From Octopus sinensis (taxonomy: Eukaryota): a stretch of DNA of 64,000 bases. The position numbers and the translations under genes are program-made. The notes under the pieces are model-generated. The model searched no databases. It was not told the origin of the DNA and saw only the letters and a program-made list of their open reading frames with translations. The stretch spans positions 65,038,001 to 65,102,000 of the forward strand of contig NC_043008.1 of NCBI RefSeq assembly GCF_006345805.1, written 5' to 3'. Below are positions 54,264 to 64,000 of the stretch, one piece after another (positions within the stretch are counted from its first letter, which is position 1; every line of letters starts with the position of its first letter).

Positions 54264-55144
54264 TGTGTTCGTACATACATATGTTTGCATATATGAGGTG
54301 AAGCTGCATTAACATATAGAGTGAAACATTGATTTGCTCGATGATTTTGTAAAACGTCAATGCAGTTGAGTGTGTACAATTAATCTTGAAAGGACAGCTT
54401 TTGTAGTTTGTCATTCAATGGCGAAGCGAATAACTGGATTTGAAATATGAGATACAATACTGAGATGATAAATATAGTCGGACAATAGACAAATATCTTA
54501 AAATTATTCTAATTGGAGAAAGGTCTATGAAATGATTGCAAAGAATCCCAATCATATATGACCTGCGTTACAGGAAATGAAGATATGGTGTGAGATAGGG
54601 CTGCAGAGGAAAAGAACGTGGACTGTGAGTGGGGGATAAGAAGATAACTATTGTCTGTTGCTTATCTTCTGAAACACTATGTCAAATCGGAAACAGTCGT
54701 ATACGAAGAACGATGCTCAATTGTTGGACAAATCCTCAAGATACTGTTAATTTTAACGAATACTATTACGCCCACTTCGCAATTTCTTCAACACAGACCA
54801 CATTAAGACCATTAAGAAAAAACGCCATCTGTCTAATACTCCTCCACCTACTACTTTCACTTTGCAATGTGATGTCCTGTAATGATCTCTTCCTGATATT
54901 GTAACTGGTGTTCCAGTTATTTGTCTAACTGAAAACTGATTTTTACTGATATATAAAAGCGGTGTTAATATATAATTGGCTACGGCAGGACATCGGCCCA
55001 CAATGAACATAAAGCCAGATACCAGCAATCACATCTTGCAAATGGTTATTGAAATTATCCAATCATTTAAAATGTGTGGCTCGTGAAATAAAGCGTGGAC
55101 TGGGCTACCATATTAGTGAGCAGATATTTAAACACACACATGAC

Positions 55145-55177
<33 letters not shown>

Positions 55178-55184
55178 TATATAT

Positions 55185-55218
<34 letters not shown>

Positions 55219-55542
55219 ATATTATATATATATATATAGATATACGGGTATGTGTGATTGTGTATAGAAGAATATATTAATAAAAGGAATTCCATCCTTG
55301 TCTGATCTTCACGTTTTATTTACAATCTTATAATGATATAATATAAGATAATAGAATATAATATAATAAAATAAAATAAAATAATAGAATGTTAAATGTT
55401 AAATGTTCATTCTGATTGAACTGGTACTTTCATCCATTAAATTATGTCATCTTCTGGTTCACGTAGTAGTGGTGACAGTCATGCTTTACAATTTTTTACT
55501 GTAGCGAGATGGTTCAATCTGTGCCTTAAATAGAGCTGTGTG

Positions 55543-55627
55543 AGTACCAGTTGATCGCTGGAATCGATATAATCGACTTCCCCCACCCCTGAAATTGCTG
55601 GCGTTTTTCAAAAATTTGAAACCAATA
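55543..55627 (+). mobile_element. SINE family 2 variant, 3' fragment with alternative tail
   Basis: agtaccagttg..tcgatataatcgactt followed by cccccacccctgaaattgctggc...aaaatttgaaaccaatatt. Confidence 0.7.
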
Positions 55628-56462
55628 TTTGCTACACACAAGTTGTTCGGTCTATATCTTACATCTTGCATTTAAAATATCTGTATTTCTCAAGCCGTCT
55701 CAGTTGACCCTAAAGCTCCGTAATTTTGAAAAAATATCAAGAAAACTAGTTTTTAAACATTCAGTGGATATGGGTGTTCATCATAATAAAATATAAATGA
55801 AATGGGTCTATAGGAAAAGTATAATGTTTGAGAAACACTTATTAAGACTCATTTGTACTCTTTGAAGAATCGTGTCACAAAAACTCTCTACAGTAGACGT
55901 GGTTTCGTGTCCCATGGAAAACTTTTGAATTTTCTATCTAAAAGGGTTTCTGAACGCAACATTATTATATATATTATTTATTATTTATACGTTCAAGTAT
56001 GATTCGAGAACCACTATTCCATAAAGAAATCTTGTAATATTGACGAAATCATTTAAATTCGTAATCCCCGTGTGGCATCAGTTCAAATGCTAGAACGTGT
56101 AAAAGAGTATAAACTTTTGCTCATAATGAGATTATCGCACTGCTCCTTTCCTTATATTTCCGTTTTGAGGACATCTATTCATTAATGACTATAAACATTT
56201 TGACACATTTAGTTTCTAAGGTGCAATATATTTATAGATTTTTCGATAAATTAACCAATAACTGTAGTAAATTTTATTGCAAAGGGAATCACATTGCTTA
56301 TTTGTTATGAACATTTTCTATTTCTCATTGTTAAGTCCTGATTCACATACTTAAAAGTTTTACACAGGAAGCGGAAGAGATACTTAGAATAATGTTAGTG
56401 GTAGGAAGTTAATTCAAAACGTCTGCATTGTACTTTGCTCTTGTAATATTAAGTGGTCATCC

Positions 56463-56683
56463 AAGGTGGCGCGTGACAGAATCGTTTAGCACGCCGGGAA
56501 AAATACTCAGCGGTATTGCAGCCGCCCTTAGGTTCTGATTTCAATTTGCACTGAGGTCGTCTTTACTTCTCAGCTGTTGGGCTTCGATTAAGTAAGTATC
56601 AGTTGACCAATAGCGTCGATGTAATTGACTTAGCCCCGCCTCCCTTGAAATTCCTTGCTTTGTGCCAAAATTTGAAGCTAATA
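56463..56683 (+). mobile_element. Degenerate SINE family 2 variant with alternative tail
   Basis: Head gacagaatcgtttagcacgccggg; tail cccttgaaattccttgctttgtgccaaaatttgaagctaatatt. Confidence 0.7.
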
Positions 56684-59010
56684 TTTTGTGACCATCTACT
56701 TGCACATCCTAACATAAATTACAGTGTTTTCTGTAAATTAGTGTTGTACAGCAATGAACAAAATAGGTTTCATTAGTTTTATTACTATTATAATTAATAT
56801 TATTGATGATTTTAATTGTATATTTTCAATTGTTTAACCTCTGCAGTGATCTTCGATGTTTTTTTTTTTTATAACTGCGAGAAATCGTAGCTCAATGCGT
56901 CTAAAATCATGCTTTCCGAGCTTGAAATATAGGACAAAAGTAACAACATGAATATTCTATGTGAATTGATACAATCGCACAACGTTTTATTAAACAACAA
57001 GAAGAGTAAGTATTAGCCAGATAACCAATCCTTATCGCAGCTTAATTTAGTAGGAGATAACTATGCTTTCTTCTTTGTCATGCATATTAGGAAGTGTACA
57101 AACTAGCTGACAAATGCACCAATGCAAAATATCCCTTTAGCCTCGCAATTAATATCAATATGGCGATAGCCCTCACCTATCCTACTCCAAACACCAATCT
57201 CCTTAATTTCAACATCTTCATCTTTGATACGTCTCTCGAGCAAGATGGGCACTTTTTTGTCATAGATGCTGTCTTTCCAGAAATATTTTTCTTAAGAGGA
57301 CGAGGAACACAGTATTAGCTCAATTTAATGAGTATCAAAAAAAAACATCATTAAGGAGAAAGGTGTAGCTCCAGATAGGAAACGTATGATTTAGCTAGGT
57401 ATTGAAACCTCAGAATTATTGTACAGTTGCAATATAATGACACTTTATAGTCGGTATATTAAACAACTGAAACATTTCCACCAACAAAATTTCCAGTTCA
57501 TTTCACACATTAAATGGGAAGACTAAATGACTAGCTAACCTATCCTACATAAAGTCAACGGCATTGGATGTATAGAATCTACTACCATGAAACACTGGCT
57601 ACGATGTTCAAGATAAGTGGTTCAGATTACATGAGAAGCATTTCCAAGTTCAATCTTCGTCAGTGACTACACAAAACCATCTGGATATGATGACAACCGA
57701 ATGCCCACACCAGTATCACAATGGCCAAATGAAATTGAATGATGTCATTTTGTGACCACTACAACTCTAATTTTTGAAGTCAAAAGAAATAGAAACTCTG
57801 AAGGAAAAATACAACAACAGCAACAACAATAATGCTTTGCCAAGTCTTCATTGCCACATTTGTTTCGGCCTGTTTTACTTGTGATAATGCCTTCTCAGTC
57901 ATAAATACAAAAAAAAAATCGAAAATTTTATTTATTGTTTTATATCTAGAAGAAAGGTTATATGGAGGTGCCTAGAACACTTATAAAATATTGAATAATA
58001 GGGATGACAAGAATAACTATAAGTAAATGACTAGGAAGGTGTTTTCGACGTTTTAATCAAAGACTTCATCCGATTGCCTTCAGAAATTACACCCGAGAAT
58101 TTGTTAAGTTAGTATTAGAGATACATAGGATATCAATTACGGAATATTTATGTGAATCTTGTCCTCATTTACGAAAGAATAAATTTTAATCCGTTGGTTT
58201 ACCGAAAACTAGTGCCGTAGTTGTTTCATGTCATCCAAAATGATGGGTAATCAGTCTATTATCCCCATCTGTGTTTAATGTAATTATATGACACAAGTCT
58301 TCTGCGTCATTCGGAAAGAAAATATATTGCATGTACGTTTAAGTCACAATTCAAATTTCCCTTAAAGGCAACTATTATTAGATTATGAGTAATATAGCTT
58401 TACAGTAAATGAGATCACCTGAATGAACCACTAAAGACGCAGTTTAGGCAAGGCGAAACATATTAAAGGATTGAACGAAGGAATAAGTATAGAAGCGCAG
58501 TTGACATTGAAGAGAAAAACCTTGTTTTAGGCAATTAGTTGAGAAGTGAAAAAAACATGGTACATAATTTATTGATTCGGAAGTGATATTGTTTAAGAAA
58601 CGTTCAAAGGAGTTGTTCAGTGAAACGGCTCATTAATGTGAAACGTGGTGAGAAGGCTAAATAATACAGGAGGCTAATTGCTGATAAACCCTCTGATATA
58701 GGAGAAACAAGTGAAACGCAGTGAGGATCTCATGACTTCAGACATACTCGCGCATGCTTAATTATATGAATGCACACATATACTTGTCATGTTTAAATGT
58801 AACGTACACACGCATGCGTGTATACACTGATTCAACCAGACACGCACATGGAGAGACTATGCGCAAATACACCCACACAATTGTATGCAGAGATGAACAT
58901 ATAGAGCGAGAGCGGCAGACACAGAGATAACTGTACGTATATGAATATGCTTATGAATATTCTATCCTATCAGTCTGTCACTCTCTCTCCCTCACTTCTC
59001 CTCCCTTGCT

Positions 59011-59035
59011 CAGGTGGCTCACACGTGACCATTGG
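59011..59035. promoter_or_regulatory. E-box plus CCAAT composite
   Basis: caggtg 59011-59016, cacgtgac 59022-59029, attgg 59031-59035. Motif match only. Confidence 0.3.
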
Positions 59036-59634
59036 CCATTTTTCTTTCTTTCTCTCCGTTATAGCTGGAACAATGAAGACGTGTTCTTGTTTGTCTCCTG
59101 TCCTAGCTTGATTTACGCGTTCGCCATCATAACCTCACTTAGGCTTAGCAGCCCTCCCTGCTTGTTTTCACTGCCCTGTTGTGTTACCAATTTTGGCCCT
59201 CCGCAAAATCCCAAATTTCATTTAATTTGCTTTGCGGGAGCAACCGTTGTATCGAGAGTGAATATTGTTGTTAAATGCTCGAAATACGAGACTAGAGAAG
59301 CAGCCAACAACTGATGAAGAATCGTTCTTTATATTGTTTGTTTTGTTTTCTATTTGTGTCTTTCATTGTTCGAAAGGATAGTTCAGGTACTTGTGCTTCA
59401 TATTTTTTGTTGTACACGTTTTGTGCCGTTCTGTGGCCACACATGCGTATATCATATATGTATAGATGTAAGTATGTACATATACGTATGTATATATGCA
59501 TATATATATTATTAATATTATTATATGAATGAACGCCACGCATCTTCTTCCAAGTAAGTTTTATCTACATATATATGTATATATATATATGAGAGGGAAT
59601 CCACTAAAAGTGTATATATATATGTATATGTACG

Positions 59635-59717
<83 letters not shown>

Positions 59718-60613
59718 CATACATATATAGTACATCTACAATTAAGCTTATACACACACATACAGGCATATACACATACACACACACACGCACACACACA
59801 CATATATATATATATATACATATATATACCTCTATACCCGCATACATAGATATGTATATCTTTACACCCGCTTGCCAATATCTTCATATATCAAGACATA
59901 AAATATATTTAAATACACTATGCGCTGAATATTTTAGGACACTTAATAATCAGTATAATACTATTTTCAGGACATTGAACATTGAACATATGCATTCACA
60001 AGAGATCAAACATTCACTGTGAAAAATTATTTCACCGACGAATTTCATTCATGTTCTCAGATGCGACGGTTGCGGTGAAAATTATATCGGTCGAATAAGC
60101 TTGACTTTGAAAAACAGAATGATGGTACACAGGTTGTAGTTTCTGGACTCTAATACCAGGAAAATACACATAAGTAAACAGTTAGAACTGTGCCCCGCGG
60201 ACAACTATCCATAAAACCATATTTTCTTTCTCTGTCAATACAATGGAAAGATTTCAGACCAATTCCAATAGGATAAGGTAAATATAATTATTGAGAAATA
60301 TAAAGTACAACTAAATAACATATAACAATACATCAGAATAAGGAAACTCAATTTATCCACGAAAAACGACCAGAAACAACATGCATTAATCAAAAGTTCT
60401 GGGCGTTGCCTCCGGATTCGAAACGCTATCTGAAACATCAGCTGCTTACATTACCCTACGCCAAACCAACCATATAGTTTCAAGTAGAAACGGTACCCTG
60501 ACGAAACAAAAGCAATACGTTCTGAGCTGACCTAGACCAGTGGCTTCTTAAGGGTATCAACCAAATGGATATAGTCAATCGTCAGACAAAAGTAAGTTAC
60601 AAAGATCTTTGTC

Positions 60614-60773
60614 AAAAACAAATGACGTATGGAGCAAATGAACCAAACTGTTAAAAACAAGTGATCGATGTAGTTGAAAAACAAATGACGTCATCAGGAA
60701 GTCAATCAGCCTGAACCACGGACTTTTGCCAAACCAAACTATGTAACGAGAATATCCGAAAAACAAGTGACGT
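60614..60773 (+). repeat. Four copies of the motif aaaaacaa(a/g)tga(cgt)
   Basis: Copies at 60614-60628, 60653-60664, 60677-60693 (includes TGACGTCA) and 60759-60773. Confidence 0.8.
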
Positions 60774-60784
60774 GATTAAACTTA

Positions 60785-60920
60785 CAACCAATCACATGGG
60801 TTAAGTGCAACTGCGTGGCAACTTAGGCAAGTGTCTTCTACTATAGCCTCAAGCCGACCAAAGCCTTGTCAGTGGATTTGGTAGACGGAAACTGAAAGAA
60901 GCCCGTCGTATATATGTATG

Positions 60921-61002
<82 letters not shown>

Positions 61003-61240
61003 CTATGTGTTTGTGCGTATGTCTGTGTGTCTGTGTTTGTCCCCCTAACATCGCTTGACAACCGATGGTGGTGTTTTTACGTCCCCGTAACTTAGCAGTT
61101 CGGCAAAAGTGACTGATAGAATAAGTACTAGGCGTACAAAGAATAAGTCCTGGGGTAGATTTGCTCGACTAAAGGCGGTGCTTCAGCATGGCCACAGTTA
61201 AATTACTGAAACAAGTAAAAGAGTAAAAGAGTTAAAGAGT
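60785..61240 (+). mobile_element. SINE family 1
   Basis: Homologous to 362-768, including the central (TA)n; ends aaacaagtaaaagagtaaaagagt. Confidence 0.85.
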
Positions 61241-61700
61241 ATATACAAAGCAGTTTTAGCTTAACAGTTCAAGCTCTGTCTAACAAAACCCGCGACGAAG
61301 TATCCTTCGTGCACTACGAGAGAAAGTGTAAAACAAATTTTCCTGTTTTCTTTCCTGGTATTTAATCTTTTAAAATCTTCATCGTATCTGATTGTAAATA
61401 CATCTGTGTCATTGAACTTTCAATCATTTTTGATTGCTATGAAATTCATCGAACATTTGAACTGGCATTACTGTCTGTCTCTTTGAAATTAGTTGAATAT
61501 TGGAATTTGTATGAATATTTGAACTTTGAAGCATGTTTTTCCGAATTTTCCCTCGTGCCTTAGATCTCTCCTAATTTTTTTTTTGTTCATTTACCACTCC
61601 AAAAGAAAATCACTTAACGTGACTAGGTTGTTATTTTAATAAAATAGTTACAAATGTTGAAAGACTCAGGTAGATTTACAACCCCTAAAGTCAACTCTCT

Positions 61701-61792
<92 letters not shown>

Positions 61793-61850
61793 CAGCGTGT
61801 GTGTGAACGAGTGTATCTATGTATGCCATTATGCAGTTTTATTTCTCTAT

Positions 61851-62232
61851 TTGTTGCCAATAGAGAAAGAGCCGGTTTCTAACCTAAATCGAAGGCTCCT
61901 TCATTAGAATCTCAACATTAAGGCTATTTTTTTATGAATGGATGTGCGCAGATTTGCAAGTTTTGTTTTATGTATGTATTCTCATGTGTATACTTGTATA
62001 TATAGACATGTTCATATATACTGGAAGACACCTGGAAACTTTTTTCAGATTTTTACAGTGCCAGTGATGGCTTAGATCTGTAGTCTTCGAATCAGCTTTC
62101 TCTTTTCTGCTTTTGAGAAGCCCAATTTCTGAGGATTGTTATTTTGGGAGCGTGTTATATATCCCAGTGTCCCAATAATTGCAGGTATAAACCTGGTCTC
62201 GTAATCTCAATAGTTCAGCATAAGTATTTTCT
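61851..62232 (-). mobile_element. 3' end of a restriction-like-endonuclease non-LTR retrotransposon (R4/Dong-like)
   Basis: Minus strand ENTYAELLR, frameshift, then RFIPAIIGTLGYI...KLGFSK..LIRRLQI*AITGTVKI, resembling the C-terminus of R2-group ORFs. Clade and 3' UTR extent are tentative. Confidence 0.6.
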
Positions 62233-62297
62233 TTTTCGCTTGTTTTTTGCTTTATGATAACATTCGCTCGGCAGCTGATTTTAGCTGACTATGTACG

Positions 62298-62398
<101 letters not shown>

Positions 62399-63683
62399 GT
62401 ATGCCATTACACAAAAAAGCAAGATACCATACGTCGACAAAGACAACATGCGGCATTATTACATGGGCATAAAAACCAATGATTTTCCAAATTTACCTAG
62501 GAAACGCACACTTTTACGTGTAGGCCAAGTAAAACTCTATCGCATCGTCCTGCTTCATTTAGCAACCTCGCGACCAAGGTAACATTTTCCCCGTGTCTAG
62601 GAGTACCTTAATATAACTTCTCCTTATACAATTTTAAATCTACCTCCTTCAGACTCTTCTATAATCTAACGGCCTGAAGCAGCCATGAGGAGTAAAACCA
62701 ACATATCCTATTGTCCATCAGAGATATGCCTGGTTAAAAGCTTCAAACTATTTTCGCGTGATAAACAGGATGTACAAAAAGATGTACAAATCGACCTGGA
62801 TAGGCCGTGGACAATTACAGATTAAGTAATTCTCACTGGTAGTATTGGTATTCTTGCTAAATCATAGTACCTAAATTGAAAACCTTAATATTACCCGACC
62901 CTCAAACAATGAGGATTTAGTTCCATACTTGGAAACTGCTGTCGCTGATAAGTCAAATCTAAAAACAAAATCCAGCTAATTAATGTCAGTATTTTGTCCG
63001 CTCTGAAATTTGAAGTGTGTAATGAAAGAATCGTTACCATTGACACACACAAGTAAGTAAAATTGTCTACTGAAGGCTTCTTATATAGAAGAGATTTTTA
63101 CACCGTAGTTATGAGGGTAGAATTTTTAATAAATCGCTGCTATATTTCTATCGCGTTCTTCATATTATCTTATAATGATATCTACCTATCTATCGCTGCA
63201 CACTCACACACACACATACATACACACATATTCATACATATATACAGAAAGAGAGGGATACAGAAAGGCAGACAGACAGAAAAAGAACGAGATCGAGATA
63301 AAGGTACAGGGAACGGGAAACGGACTCCCTTCACCACTATATGTTCTCTTGTTCGATCTCACTGCATAGGCATGCTTCGTTTTCTATTGCCTTGTGCGGA
63401 CTAATACGTTCTGAGCGATATAGGGAAGATGGAAACCGAGAAGTGGTTTGAATCTCTAATTCAAACAGTTTAACATTATACCAAAGAGAGAGTCATGCGA
63501 ATTCTACCAGATAATTCCGTGAAACCTGCACGTGTTTATTGTATGTTCGGCCACTTACGTTTTCATTGAAGAACAGATAATTCAGTTGATCAAACAACTA
63601 TAAAAATTTTTTTTAAATAGGAAAGTAAAAACACATGCAACTATATGAGCATCCATACAATTTTATATATAAATATATATAGG

Positions 63684-63747
<64 letters not shown>

Positions 63748-63840
63748 TACATATTACAAATTTACATACGTATATATTCATATACATATGCATACACACA
63801 CACACATATATATGTATATATATATATATATATATATACA

Positions 63841-63999
63841 TGATTACATACTATGTATGTATACATATATACATACTTTCACACACACACATACATACAT
63901 ACATATATATATATATATGTATATATATATATGTGTGTGTATATGATTACATACTATGTATGTATACATATATACATACTTACACACACACATACATAC
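63841..63999. repeat. Tandem duplication of a low-complexity unit of about 103 bp
   Basis: tgattacatactatgtatgtatacatatatacatactt occurs at 63841 and 63944. Confidence 0.85.
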
Positions 64000-64000
64000 A

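Noticed and set aside
60498-60504. CTGACGA as a hammerhead core
   Set aside because: Followed directly by aacaaaag, with no stem and no correctly placed GAAA.

Overview
AT-rich, microsatellite-dense eukaryotic DNA made mostly of old and young transposable elements. The repeat content (tRNA-derived SINE families, Penelope-like elements, mariner/Tc1 relics, RTE and R4/Dong-like LINE fragments, long (TA)n/(TAGA)n tracts) resembles octopod cephalopod (Octopus) genomes; this is an inference and was not checked against a database. No protein-coding gene can be identified confidently. Most ORFs in the supplied track are microsatellite artefacts, and the recognisable peptides are transposon remnants. 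A few isolated candidate exons have good splice signals but do not form a convincing gene model. The most interesting structure is at 18405-19073: a head-to-head fold-back of a tRNA-headed element whose 3' tail carries a Penelope-type hammerhead-ribozyme-like core, with the whole pair flanked by a 13-bp direct repeat. Other notable items: three further Penelope-type terminal fragments with variant hammerhead cores; a degenerate Penelope RT/GIY-YIG element with inverted termini; a 61-nt pre-miRNA-like hairpin; a palindromic mariner made of two 5' ends; interleaved inverted SINE pairs; evidence of SINE tail swapping; and local duplications, some of which may be assembly artefacts. All alignments and translations were done by eye, and boundaries of degenerate elements are approximate.
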